A stretch of 64,000 nucleotides of DNA, taken from positions 1,408,001 through 1,472,000 of the forward strand of contig CBDDFZ010000001.1 of assembly GCA_965227515.1 (NCBI GenBank), given 5' to 3'. Positions 29,518 through 39,514 of the stretch are shown piece after piece; within the stretch, counting starts at the first letter, position 1; every line of letters starts with the position of its first letter. A program made the translations under genes and the position numbers. This stretch comes from Alphaproteobacteria bacterium. GTDB lineage: Bacteria; Pseudomonadota; Alphaproteobacteria; CALKHQ01. Below the pieces are notes generated by a model. The model had not been told where the DNA came from. It worked only from the letters and a program-made list of their open reading frames with translations, and searched no databases.

Positions 29518-30729
29518 CTACCAGCCTTCCTTCGGCTGCACCTCGGCGGCGCCGTCCATGTTGGATGACGTCACGCCACGGAACACGCCGTCCTGCCACT
29601 GGCCCACCGTCCAGTAGCGGTTGGAGTTCTGGTTATCGAAATTGATCGGCCCCATGATGGTGTCGAAGGCGTTGTCCTTGATGTACTGGGTCACCGCCTC
29701 GCGGTCGACGCGGCCGACGCCCTCGATCGCCGCCTGCAGGATCTGCAAGCTGGCGTAGGTGTTGGCCGAGGCCCAGTAGTCAGGCTCCTGTCCGGTGATC
29801 TCCAGATGCGCGGCGCGGTAGGCCTGCATTTCCGGCGTATCCGGGTTCACGCCGCCGGCGCCCAGCGTGTTGTTGATCTTGTCGCCGAAGGCATCGCGGT
29901 AGGCCGGGAACGACGAGGCGACAGCGGTGTAGAACGCGCGCACGTCCAGGTTCTCGATGATCGCCTGCTCGGTCAGGCCGAATGTGTCCGGCGGGTACGA
30001 CCATGCCACGAATGCATCGGGGTTGGCGTCCTTCGCGCCCTTCATCACCGGCGACAGGTCGGGCGTGCCCAGCGGATAGGACTGGTCGTAGACCAGCTCG
30101 AAATCCGCGGCCTCCAAGATCGGACGTGCGGCATCGGCCAGCTCGATGCCGAAAGCGTCGGCGACGTTGACCGTGGCCACGCGGCTGCCGATCTGGCCCG
30201 CGTCGCGCATGCCGACAAGCACGTCGCGCACACCCTCGACGAAGGCCGTGGTCGTCCCCAGCGTGAAGAACAGGCCAGGATAGCGGCCGGTCAGTTCGCC
30301 AACCTGATCGGAAATCGAGGTCACGGCGATCTGCGGGTAGCCGTTGTCCGAATAGATGGGCGCCGCGGCGACGTTGAAGCCGGTGCCGTAGGGCGCGATG
30401 ATGAAATCGACCTCGTCCTGGTTGGCCAGCCGCTGCACCGCCTTGATGTGCTCCGACGGGTTGGTCTGGTCGTCGTACTGGATCAGCTCGATCATGGCCG
30501 GCCCGCCTTCGAGCTGGAGGCCGCCGGCGTCGTTGACCTGTTGCACCCACATTTCGATGTTCGGCCAGTGGGTGACGGCAGCGCCGCCTGCCAGGGGGCC
30601 GGTGCGTGGTGCCACCGCGCCGATCTTGACGATGGCGTCCTGCGCCCGCGCGGCACGCGACAGCATGGATGTGGCGGCCGCACCGGTCAGTCCCGCGCCG
30701 GTGGTGGCCAGAAAATCGCGTCTCTTCAT
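29518..30729 (-). CDS. HAAT/Liv-type ABC substrate-binding protein, Tat-exported
   Basis: MKRRDFL twin-arginine signal; KIG...P.TGPLA, VN..GG, YDD, PY. Confidence 0.9.
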   Translation of the reverse strand: MKRRDFLATTGAGLTGAAATSMLSRAARAQDAIVKIGAVAPRTGPLAGGAAVTHWPNIEMWVQQVNDAGGLQLEGGPAMIELIQYDDQTNPSEHIKAVQRLANQDEVDFIIAPYGTGFNVAAAPIYSDNGYPQIAVTSISDQVGELTGRYPGLFFTLGTTTAFVEGVRDVLVGMRDAGQIGSRVATVNVADAFGIELADAARPILEAADFELVYDQSYPLGTPDLSPVMKGAKDANPDAFVAWSYPPDTFGLTEQAIIENLDVRAFYTAVASSFPAYRDAFGDKINNTLGAGGVNPDTPEMQAYRAAHLEITGQEPDYWASANTYASLQILQAAIEGVGRVDREAVTQYIKDNAFDTIMGPINFDNQNSNRYWTVGQWQDGVFRGVTSSNMDGAAEVQPKEGW

Positions 30730-30883
30730 CGTGTCCTCCCCAATGGCGGCCGGTGTGCCATGGCAGCATGCCTGGTTCCGACCTTATGCGGGCCGATTAT
30801 GCCAAGCCGAAACCGATTTGGCTTGTCTAATTTAGAAGGATACCAATGTGCGGCCCGCACCATATCGGTTGGCCGGCCGCCGC

Positions 30884-31741
30884 TCAGCTCTTCACCGCGC
30901 CCGCCGTCAGGCCGGCCACGATGTGCTTCTGTGCCAGCAGGAACATGATGATCGCCGGCACGATGGTGAGGGTGACGTAGGCGAGCAGCGGCGGCCAGTT
31001 GGTCATGTACTCGCCCTGGAACTGCATGATGCCGAGCGGCCAGGGGAACATATCGTCGCTGGTCAGCATCACGAGCGGCAGCAGATAGTTGTTCCAGCTC
31101 TGCACGAAGGTGAACACCGCCACCGTCGACAGGATCGGGCGCGAGAGCGGCAGGGTGATCGACCAGAAGAAGCGGACATAGCTCGACCCGTCGATGAGGG
31201 CCGCGTCCAGCAGGTCGGCGGGCAGTTGCTTGAAGTAGCTGCGGAACAGCAGGATGGAGAGGCCGAGACCGAAGGCGGTCTGCGGCAGCACCACCCCCCA
31301 ATAGCTGTCGAGCAGGCCCAGGTCGCGGATCTTGATGAACAGCGGCAGCACGGCGGTCGCCGCCGGGAACAACAGCCCCAGCATGAAATAGGCGAACAGG
31401 TAGCGGTCGCCGGCGAACTTCACGTGCGCGAACAGGAACGCGACCATGGCGCCGGTGATGACGGTCAGGATCACCGACAGGACGGCGATGACCAGCGAGT
31501 TCCACAGCAACTGCCAGAACCGGTTGCCCTGCAGGATGTCGAGGTAGTTCTCCCAGACGAACTCGGTGGGGATGCCGAACGGGTCGGTACGCAGTTCGCC
31601 GAGGGTCTTGAAGCCGCCAAGTGCGGTGGCCAGCAGCGGCACCAGCACCAGACCGGCGACGAACAGCAGCGCGATGTACTTCCACACCAGGGAGGTGTCG
31701 AACGCCGGCCCGGCGGTGCGCCCTTCGGTGGTGCTCGTCAT
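30884..31741 (-). CDS. Carbohydrate ABC permease (MalG-like)
   Basis: EAA loop LLDAALIDG; WN.YLLPL; GLTAGAVK. Confidence 0.92.
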   Translation of the reverse strand: MTSTTEGRTAGPAFDTSLVWKYIALLFVAGLVLVPLLATALGGFKTLGELRTDPFGIPTEFVWENYLDILQGNRFWQLLWNSLVIAVLSVILTVITGAMVAFLFAHVKFAGDRYLFAYFMLGLLFPAATAVLPLFIKIRDLGLLDSYWGVVLPQTAFGLGLSILLFRSYFKQLPADLLDAALIDGSSYVRFFWSITLPLSRPILSTVAVFTFVQSWNNYLLPLVMLTSDDMFPWPLGIMQFQGEYMTNWPPLLAYVTLTIVPAIIMFLLAQKHIVAGLTAGAVKS

Positions 31742-31757
31742 TGTGCACCTTCAAGGC

Positions 31758-31890
31758 TGTCATCCTTGACCGAAGCGAAGCGGAGCGTCGAGGATCCATG
31801 GCTGGCCTCGCGCGATGACCGAAATGGATCCTCGGCGCTACGCCCCTCGCTTGCCTTTCGGCAAACTCGTGGCTTCAGCCAAGGATGACA
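31758..31890. repeat. REP-like palindrome, family F, between two permease genes
   Basis: tgtcatccttg...gaggatccat...atggatcctc...caaggatgaca. Confidence 0.7.
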
Positions 31891-31933
31891 ATGGAGGGTG
31901 GCCGTGCTCAGCGTTGCGTCGTTGTGAGGCACA

Positions 31934-32866
31934 TCAGTCATTGCGCATCGCCGTGCGCTTGTAGGTGAACGCGAACACCACGCAGATGATGAACAACACC
32001 ACGCCGGCCGCGCTGCCGAAACCGATCTCCATCCGCCCGATGCCGAACAGGTAGAGGAACGACACCATGGTCAGCGTGCTGTTGCCCGGCCCGCCCTGCG
32101 GCGTCATCGCCATCACCATGTCGAAGAGCTGCAGCGCGCCGATGACGGCGAAGAACACCGACAGGCGGATGGTCGGCGCCAGCGACGGGATGGTGACGTA
32201 GCGCATCACCTGCCAGCGGTTGGCGCCGTCGATGTGGGCCGCCTCGTAGAGCTCGCGCGGGATGACCTGCAAGCCGGCAATGTAGATCATCAGGTGGAAG
32301 CCGAAATACTTCCACACCACCACCGCCAGGATGGCGTAGATCGCCCACACCCGGTCGCCCAGCAGGTGCGGCGCCTCGGCCCCGAACCAGGAATAGACCT
32401 CGGCGATCAGGCCGTAGTTGCCGTCGTACATGAAGCGCCAGATCAGGCCGGCCGCGACCTCGGCCAGCACGAACGGCAGGAAGAAGATCAGGCGGAACAG
32501 CACCGCGCCGCGCAGCTTCTGCGCCAGGATGATCGCCAGCCCCAACGCCAGCGGCAACTGTACCAGCAGCGACACCGCAATGATCAGGCCGTTGTTGATC
32601 AGCGCGGTGGTGAAGGCGCGCCCGCCGAGCAGCTTCTCGTAGTTGCGGATGTCGATGAAGCGGGACGGCGCGCCGTAACCGTCCCAGTTGAACACGCTGA
32701 AGAACGCCGCCTCGCCCATCGGCAGCACCACGAACAGCGTGAACAGGATCAGCGCGGGGGGCAGGAACAGGACGACGGCGGTCAGCCGCCCGCCCGCGAA
32801 CAGCGCGGACAGGTTGAGCGGTCCAATACGCAGGCCCGCCATCCGGTCGGTTTGGCTCACCGCCAT
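31934..32866 (-). CDS. Carbohydrate ABC permease (MalF-like)
   Basis: ELYEAAHIDGA EAA loop; WKY.G, GGP. Confidence 0.92.
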   Translation of the reverse strand: MAVSQTDRMAGLRIGPLNLSALFAGGRLTAVVLFLPPALILFTLFVVLPMGEAAFFSVFNWDGYGAPSRFIDIRNYEKLLGGRAFTTALINNGLIIAVSLLVQLPLALGLAIILAQKLRGAVLFRLIFFLPFVLAEVAAGLIWRFMYDGNYGLIAEVYSWFGAEAPHLLGDRVWAIYAILAVVVWKYFGFHLMIYIAGLQVIPRELYEAAHIDGANRWQVMRYVTIPSLAPTIRLSVFFAVIGALQLFDMVMAMTPQGGPGNSTLTMVSFLYLFGIGRMEIGFGSAAGVVLFIICVVFAFTYKRTAMRND

Positions 32867-32940
32867 GGGGTCACCCGCCAAGCTCTGTGCAACGAGGCAC
32901 TGGTCTTATACCAGAGGCGCCAATCTCTTACGTTTTTCAC

Positions 32941-33056
32941 CGTCATTGCGAGGAGCGGCGGCCGACGTAAGGCGGGCGGTGCGACGCGGCAATCCAGAGC
33001 AACCTCTGCAAACGCTCGGCAATCGCCTGGATTGCTTCGCTTCGCTCGCAATGACG
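32941..33056. repeat. REP-like palindrome, family B, after the binding-protein gene
   Basis: cgtcattgcgaggagc...gcaatccag...ctggattgcttcgcttcgctcgcaatgacg. Confidence 0.8.
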
Positions 33057-33167
33057 ACAGAAAAAGTCAGTCATTCGTGCCGCTGGTCTTAAACAATGGG
33101 CGATGAGTGTGACCCCATCGCCCATCGCCGCAGAGCGCGAGTTTACGAGAATGACTGCAGCACGCGG

Positions 33168-34442
33168 CTACTCGTTCTCGAAAGCCCAGGCTTCCTGCAC
33201 CAGCTCCGCGGCCTCCTGGGCGCTGATCGCGCCGGCGGCCAGGTCGGTGGAGACGTCGTTGACCACGCGGCCGACCGACGGGCCCAACATCTGGTCGTAG
33301 AAGATCTGGTGGTAGTTGGAGTTGCCGATGTTCTCGGCGACCTGCGCGAAGAACGGGTTGGTCAGGCCCTCCGCGGCGCCGTTGGCGACCGGGATCAGAT
33401 AGCCGCGCGACCCCATCTCGGCCTGCACCTCAGGGCTGACGAAGTGGCGCACGAACATGATCGCCTCTTCCGGCGCGCCTTCGGTGATCAGCCAGCCGTT
33501 GATGCCGCCCAGCGTGTCGGTGGGCTCACCGGCGCCACCGGGGACTGCCGGGAACGCGAACCAGCCCATCTCGTCGTCCGACAGGCCCTCGCCGCTGGCG
33601 GAGTTGCTGCGCGCGGTGTTGTAGTCCCAGTTGCCCATCAGGTGCATGGCTGCGTTGCCGTCGCCGAAATAGCCGGCGGCCTGCGGGTAGGTGAAGGCCA
33701 GGAAGCCGTCCTGGAACGGATCCAGCTCGACAAGCTGCTCGAACAACTCGCCGGACTGCACGAAAATCTCGTTCTCGAAGCCGTCGCCCTCGCCGCTGGT
33801 CGCGGCCTCGAAGCCGGCCTTGCCGCCCAGGCGGATCGCCAGATGGGTCCAGTAGAAGTGCAGCGGCCACTTGTCGGCGCCGCCGGCCGCGATCGGGGTG
33901 ATGCCGGCGTCCTTCAGCGCCTGCACGGCGGCCAGAAGGTCGTCCCAGGTCGCGATCTCGTCGGCATTGACGCCGGCCTCAGCAAACAGCGCCTTGTTAT
34001 AGAAAAAGCCGACCTGGCTCACCAGCATCGGCGCGCCGTGGACCACGCCGTCATAGGTGAAGGCATCGACGCCGGCCGGGCTCAGGGTCGAGGCCCAGTC
34101 GCCGTCCATATACTCGGTGATGTCGGCCAGCACGCCGGCCTGAGCCTGGGCGTGGAAAACGCCGCCGCCCCACGAATAGAAGATGTGCGGCTTCTCGTCG
34201 GACTGCAGGATGGTCGGCAGCTTGGCCTTGAAGGCCTCGTTCTCCAGGAACTGCAGCTCGACGGTGACGCCGGGGTGCTCGGCCTCGAACGCGCGGGCCT
34301 GCTCCTCATAGTATTCGGCGATTTCCGGGTTGGCCTCGATGTGCAGCCACTTGACGGTTGTCTGCGCCTGCGCGGCCGTGGTCAGGCCCGTGGCCGCGAA
34401 CCCCGCAGCCGCAATGCCCAGTGCCAATGCCTTCACGTGCAT
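33168..34442 (-). CDS. Sugar ABC substrate-binding protein (family 1)
   Basis: Signal peptide AQA|Q; PHIFYSWGG, FYNKALF, TWDDL, G.AAM..MG.W. Confidence 0.9.
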   Translation of the reverse strand: MHVKALALGIAAAGFAATGLTTAAQAQTTVKWLHIEANPEIAEYYEEQARAFEAEHPGVTVELQFLENEAFKAKLPTILQSDEKPHIFYSWGGGVFHAQAQAGVLADITEYMDGDWASTLSPAGVDAFTYDGVVHGAPMLVSQVGFFYNKALFAEAGVNADEIATWDDLLAAVQALKDAGITPIAAGGADKWPLHFYWTHLAIRLGGKAGFEAATSGEGDGFENEIFVQSGELFEQLVELDPFQDGFLAFTYPQAAGYFGDGNAAMHLMGNWDYNTARSNSASGEGLSDDEMGWFAFPAVPGGAGEPTDTLGGINGWLITEGAPEEAIMFVRHFVSPEVQAEMGSRGYLIPVANGAAEGLTNPFFAQVAENIGNSNYHQIFYDQMLGPSVGRVVNDVSTDLAAGAISAQEAAELVQEAWAFENE

Positions 34443-34711
34443 GTGCCGGTTCCTCCCAATTGGTTGACCGCCGCCGGGCCGACAAGCGCCGCCTCCGGCG
34501 GTGCGCCGCGTTGCTCGCCGCGCATTTATTTAATTTGTATGCCGCAGAAAATGTCTGGCATGTGCGCTTGGCTTGTCAAGACCAATCTCGAAATCTCCAT
34601 GGAAACCCCCGCAATTTTCGGCGTGCGAGCGGTGGGCCTTGGGCCACCCGCTTGATAAAGGCCGGAGCCCGGAGTAAATGGAATTCGTTTCCTGCCACAG
34701 CCGGCCAGCCG

Positions 34712-36004
34712 ATGAAGACCGCCGATCCCGAACTGATGCGTGCGATCAATCGCTTCCACGTGATGGATGCGATCCGGCAGCGCGGGCCGATCTCGCGGGT
34801 CGAGCTGGTGCAGCAGACCGACCTTAGCCCGACCACCGTGTCGGCGATCACCGCGGCCCTGCTGGACGACGAGCTGATCGCGGCGCGCCGGGTGGCGCCG
34901 CCGGGCGACGCCGGCCGCGGCCGGCCGCGCGTGATGCTGGAGCTGAACCCGGAGGCGGCGTTCGTGGTCGGCGTCAAGCTGGCGCCGCACCAGATCAGCG
35001 TCGCAACCACCAATTTCCGCGCCGATGTGCTGAAGAGCCTGACCCTGCCGGTGCGCACCACCCGCCAGCCGGCCAGCGTGATCGCCGACATCGTGGAAGA
35101 CGGCGTGCGCCATTGCGTCGCCGATGCGGGGCTGACGCTGGAGCGCATCGGCGGGGTCTGCGTCGGCCTGCCTGGCCTGATCGAGCACGACACCGCGATC
35201 TGCCGCGCCAGTCCGATCTTCGCGGAGACCGACGTGGCGCTGGCCGCCGCTGTGCGCGACCGGCTGGGGGTCGAGGTCACCCTGGACAGCGACGTCAACC
35301 TGGCGACCCTGGCCGAGCACTGGTTCGGCCATGGCCGCGGGCTGAGCGATTTCGCCGTCGTCGCCGTCGAGCACAGCCTGGGGCTCGGCATCATGCATGC
35401 CGGCGAGCTGATGCGCGGCGCCGATGGCCTGAGCGCCGATTTCGGCGACCTGATCGTCTGGCCCGAGGGCCCAGCGAAAGGCGGGGCGGCTCCGACCCGG
35501 CTCAACGATTGCGCCGGCGCGGCGGCGGTGCTGGCCGAGATCGAGCGCGTCGCGCCGGGGCGGCTGCCGCCCGACACCGGCGGTGTCTCGCGCTTGCGCC
35601 GTGCCGCCGAGGCGGCCGAGGCCGGCGACGCGGCACTGGCGGACGTATTCGCCCGTGCCGGCCGTGCGCTCGGGCTCGCCATCGCCAACGTGATCACCTT
35701 GCTGGCGCCGCGCACGCTGATCATCGCAGGCAGCGCGGTCGGTGCCGGCGACGCGCTGCTGCGGCCGCTGCGCGCGACGGTGGAGCAGGCGACGCCGCCG
35801 GTCCTGCGCGACGCGGTCGACATCATCTCCCACGACTGGAGCGACGATATGTGGGCGCGCGGTGCGGCAGCCCTCACCCTGCGCCGCCTGTATGGCGCGC
35901 CGTGGAGCACCAGCGGGCCAGCCCGGCTGCCGCACGCAGCAACGATGAAAGGCGGCGGCGAGAAGCTCGCCAAGACGACGCAAGCAGCGGCCGCCGCCAA
36001 ATAG
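34712..36004 (+). CDS. ROK family transcriptional regulator
   Basis: N-terminal HTH GPISR.EL...T.LS.TTVS, GRPR, G.PG, D.N...LAE.WFG. Confidence 0.9.
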   Translation: MKTADPELMRAINRFHVMDAIRQRGPISRVELVQQTDLSPTTVSAITAALLDDELIAARRVAPPGDAGRGRPRVMLELNPEAAFVVGVKLAPHQISVATTNFRADVLKSLTLPVRTTRQPASVIADIVEDGVRHCVADAGLTLERIGGVCVGLPGLIEHDTAICRASPIFAETDVALAAAVRDRLGVEVTLDSDVNLATLAEHWFGHGRGLSDFAVVAVEHSLGLGIMHAGELMRGADGLSADFGDLIVWPEGPAKGGAAPTRLNDCAGAAAVLAEIERVAPGRLPPDTGGVSRLRRAAEAAEAGDAALADVFARAGRALGLAIANVITLLAPRTLIIAGSAVGAGDALLRPLRATVEQATPPVLRDAVDIISHDWSDDMWARGAAALTLRRLYGAPWSTSGPARLPHAATMKGGGEKLAKTTQAAAAAK

Positions 36005-36033
36005 AAACACCAGAGGAAACGCGAGGCACACTC

Positions 36034-37131
36034 ATGCAGCCAGTCGGCACCGGGATCATCGGATGCGGCAATATCAGCGGCGCCTATCTGAAGGCGGCCA
36101 AGGGATTTCCCGTGCTGGACCTGCGCGGCATCGCCGACATGGATATGGCGGCGGCCGAGGCGCGGGCGGCGGAGTTCGGCGTGCCGGCGATGTCGGTGGA
36201 GGACCTGCTGGCCGACCCGGCAGTGGAACTGGTCATCAACCTGACCACGCCCCAGGCCCATGTGCCGGTCGGCCTGGCAGCGATCGCCGCCGGCAAGCAC
36301 GTGCATTCCGAAAAGCCGCTGAGCGTGAATTTGGACGACGCCCGCGCGCTGCTGGCGGCGGGGGAGGCGGCGAACCTGCGCGTGGGCTGCGCGCCTGACA
36401 CCTTCCTGGGCGGGTCGCACCAGACCGCGCGCGCGCTGATCGACCAGGGCGCCATCGGCACGCCCATCGGCGGCACCGCGTTCTTCATGTGCCCGGGGCA
36501 CGAGCGCTGGCACCCCAACCCGGCCTTCTATTACGCGGCCGGCGGCGGGCCGATGCTGGACATGGGGCCGTACTACATCACCGACCTGGTCAACCTGCTG
36601 GGGCCGGTGGCGCGGGTCGCCGGCGCGGTGAGTGCCGCGCGCAACACCCGCCCGATCCTGAGCGAGCCGCGCAAGGGCGAGACCATCCAGGTCGAGGTGG
36701 CGACCCACGTCGCCGGCACCATGACCTTCCACAATGGCGCCATCGTCACCATCGCCATGAGCTTCGACGTCGCCGGCCACAAGCACCTGCCGCTTGAGGT
36801 CTATGGTACCGCGGCGACGATGATCGTGCCCGATCCGAACTTCTTCGGCGGCGATGTCGAGCTGAAGGTGCCGGGCGGGGAGTGGGAGACGCGCCCGCTG
36901 ACCCATGGCTACGCCGACGGCAACTACCGCTCCATCGGGGTGGCCGACCTGGCCACGGCGATCCGCGACGACCGCCCGCATCGGGCATCGGGCGCGCTGG
37001 CGTTCCACGTGCTGGAAGTGATGCTGGCGTTCGAGCGCTCGGCGCGCGAGGGCCGGCACATCGAGATCAAAAGCCGGCCGGAGCGGCCGGCCGCACTGCC
37101 GCCCGGGCTGAGCGGCGGGGATTTGGGGTGA
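36034..37131 (+). CDS. Gfo/Idh/MocA family oxidoreductase
   Basis: GIIGCGNIS, GKHV.SEKP, APDTFLG, WHPNP.F.Y, GGGP..DMGPYY. Confidence 0.92.
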   Translation: MQPVGTGIIGCGNISGAYLKAAKGFPVLDLRGIADMDMAAAEARAAEFGVPAMSVEDLLADPAVELVINLTTPQAHVPVGLAAIAAGKHVHSEKPLSVNLDDARALLAAGEAANLRVGCAPDTFLGGSHQTARALIDQGAIGTPIGGTAFFMCPGHERWHPNPAFYYAAGGGPMLDMGPYYITDLVNLLGPVARVAGAVSAARNTRPILSEPRKGETIQVEVATHVAGTMTFHNGAIVTIAMSFDVAGHKHLPLEVYGTAATMIVPDPNFFGGDVELKVPGGEWETRPLTHGYADGNYRSIGVADLATAIRDDRPHRASGALAFHVLEVMLAFERSAREGRHIEIKSRPERPAALPPGLSGGDLG

Positions 37132-37154
37132 CGACTGACCGCCAATATCCTCGT

Positions 37155-37270
37155 CGTCATGCCCGCACTTGTTGCGGGCATCCACGTCTTGCATCGTCTG
37201 CCGCAGCAAAGACGTGGATACCCGGGACTCGGCCCGCTCGTAACCGAGCGTGGCCGGCCCGGGCATGACG
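37155..37270. repeat. REP-like palindrome, family A
   Basis: cgtcatgcccgcacttgttgcgggcatccacgtc...gacgtggat...gggcatgacg. Confidence 0.8.
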
Positions 37271-37338
37271 GAGCTTTAGATCGAACCGCGGCACCCATCA
37301 GGCTGACCGCGGAGGCAGTTCAATCGGGAGGGAACACA

Positions 37339-37986
37339 ATGCGTGAGGCACTGATCGTCTGGGGCGGCTGGTCCGGCCATGAGCCGGAGCAGGGATCGGC
37401 CATCGTTTCCGCGATGCTGGAGGAGGAGGGCTTCAAGGTCTACGTCGAGGACACGACCGAGGCCTTCGCCGACCCGGCGATCCGCGACATGCACCTGATC
37501 GTGCCCATCGTCACCATGTCGAAGATCGAGAAGGAGGAGCTGGACAACTTGACCGCCGCCATCGAGGGCGGGGTCGGGCTCGCCGGCTATCACGGCGGCA
37601 TGTCCGATGCGTTCCGCGAGGCGGTGGAGTACCAGTTCATGGTCGGTGGCCAGTGGGTGGCCCACCCCGGCAACGTCATCGACTTCAGGGTCAACGTGAA
37701 AAAGGGCGACGACCCGATCATGGAGGGCATCGCCGACTTCGACTACCACTCCGAGCAGTACTACATGCACGTCGACCCGCGGATCGAGGTGCTGGCCACC
37801 ACCACCTTCTCCGGCGAGCATGCCTGGTGGACCAAGGACGTGGTGATGCCGGTGGTGTGGAAGCATTCCTACGGCAAGGGCCGGGTGTTCCATTCCACCC
37901 TGGGTCATGTGTCGTCGGAGTTCCAGGTGCCGGAAATGCGCACCATCGTGCGCCGCGGCCTGCTGTGGGCCGCGCGGGAGGCATAG
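37339..37986 (+). CDS. ThuA domain-containing protein
   Basis: ALIVWGGW.GHEP, G.HGG, GGQWVAHPG, SEQYYMHVDP, GKGRVF..LGH. Confidence 0.9.
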   Translation: MREALIVWGGWSGHEPEQGSAIVSAMLEEEGFKVYVEDTTEAFADPAIRDMHLIVPIVTMSKIEKEELDNLTAAIEGGVGLAGYHGGMSDAFREAVEYQFMVGGQWVAHPGNVIDFRVNVKKGDDPIMEGIADFDYHSEQYYMHVDPRIEVLATTTFSGEHAWWTKDVVMPVVWKHSYGKGRVFHSTLGHVSSEFQVPEMRTIVRRGLLWAAREA

Positions 37987-38008
37987 AGCATGATCACTTA
38001 AGTCGGTA

Positions 38009-38080
38009 CCGGCCCTCTCCCCCACCCGGCCGCCCAGACATCATACTGGAGTTGGGCGGCCGGGTGGGGGAGAGGGCTGG
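38009..38080. repeat. REP-like palindrome, family C
   Basis: ccggccctctcccccacccggccgccca...tgggcggccgggtgggggagagggctgg. Confidence 0.8.
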
Positions 38081-38349
38081 CGCAGATTCAGCGTAAGCTG
38101 ATCCCGGTCTAGCCCGACCCGTCTGCGCGCGGCGCGCCGCCGGCAGCAGACCCAATCTCGGCGCACATTGGATAAGGCTCGGCTTGCGCTGAGCCTGCGC
38201 CGAGACTCCCGGTCTCACCCTCAAGCATCGATACCCAAGACGGTACGCGGCCGATGCTCGACGTCGGCGCCGGGCGACCGACGGGCTGGACGCGCCGGCA
38301 CCGATGCGTTTTCGCTTGCGAAGGGCATCCTTTTTGCGTCTAATCATCT

Positions 38350-38365
38350 CCGAAACCGGTTTCGG
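38350..38365. promoter_or_regulatory. LacI-family operator
   Basis: Perfect 16-bp palindrome CCGAAACCGGTTTCGG about 45 nt before the LacI gene. Confidence 0.75.
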
Positions 38366-38411
38366 TGCGTGAAAAGCACGACAAAAAGCAAGAACCGGGT
38401 TGGGAGGGCGT

Positions 38412-39476
38412 TTGTCCACGCCACGCAAAGATACGCGTGCCAATGGTGCTCGGCCGGCGACGATCCAGATGCTGGCGGATACGCTGAACCTGTCGAAAGC
38501 GACGGTTTCGCGGGCACTGAACGGCTACGAGGATATCTCCGCGGCGACGCGGGAGCGGGTTGCCTCCGCAGCCCGCGCGCTTGGCTACCAACCATCCTCC
38601 CATGCCCGCCGACTGGCCCTGGGCCTGACCGAGACCGTCGGCTTCGTGGTGCCGGCCGGCTCACACCAACTCGCATCCCCGTTGCTGGCCGAGACGCTCT
38701 CCGGCATCAGCCAGGGCCTCAGCCGTGGCGGGTACGATCTCGTCGTGCGAACCGCGACCCATGACGACGACGTGGAGGCATATCGGGACCTGGTGAAGGC
38801 CCGGAAGGTCGATGCGTTCGTCCTGGTGCGCACCCGGCTGAAAGATCCTCGCGCGGACTATTTGGGCGCCGCCGGCGTTCCGTTCATCTGCCATGGCCGC
38901 ACCGGCAACGCCGATGCCCATGCGTGGGTCGAAGTCGATGGGCACGATGCCTTCCGCCGGGCGACGGCGCATCTGATCTCGTTGGGCCACCGGCGCATTG
39001 CACACGTTACCGCCGGCACGCGGTTGGCCGCGGCGGCGGACCGGCGCGAGGGCTATCTTCAGGCCATGGCGGATGCCAGCTTGTCTTGCGACCCCGGCTG
39101 GGTCGTGGAAGGCGATCTGTCCGGCGCGGCGGGCCGGCACGCGCTCGGCCGGTTGGTGGCGCTGGAGCGCCGGCCGACGGCCATCGTCTGTGGCAATGAC
39201 GCGACCGCGCTGGGCGTGATGGCCGCCGCCAACGAGGCGGGTCTTCGGGTGCCGCGCGACCTGTCCGTGGTCGGCTATGACGGCATCAGCCTGGGCGACG
39301 AGGTCAGCCCGGCCCTGACCACCATGACATACGACGCCGAACGCCTGGGCATGCGCATTGCCGAGTTGCTGCTCGGCTATCTGCGCAACGGCGACGTGTC
39401 GTCCGCACAGGAACTCCACCAGGCACGACTGCTGCGCCGGAGCTCGGACGGACCGCCACCTGCGCTGCACGAATGA
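38412..39476 (+). CDS. LacI family transcriptional regulator
   Basis: TI..LA..L.LS.ATVSRALNG, GY.P...AR.L, LGHRRI, VP.DLSVVGYD; TTG after GGGAGG. Confidence 0.92.
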   Translation: MSTPRKDTRANGARPATIQMLADTLNLSKATVSRALNGYEDISAATRERVASAARALGYQPSSHARRLALGLTETVGFVVPAGSHQLASPLLAETLSGISQGLSRGGYDLVVRTATHDDDVEAYRDLVKARKVDAFVLVRTRLKDPRADYLGAAGVPFICHGRTGNADAHAWVEVDGHDAFRRATAHLISLGHRRIAHVTAGTRLAAAADRREGYLQAMADASLSCDPGWVVEGDLSGAAGRHALGRLVALERRPTAIVCGNDATALGVMAAANEAGLRVPRDLSVVGYDGISLGDEVSPALTTMTYDAERLGMRIAELLLGYLRNGDVSSAQELHQARLLRRSSDGPPPALHE

Positions 39477-39514
39477 CGACGCATACCAAACGCAACTGCA
39501 CAAGGGAGGAGAGC

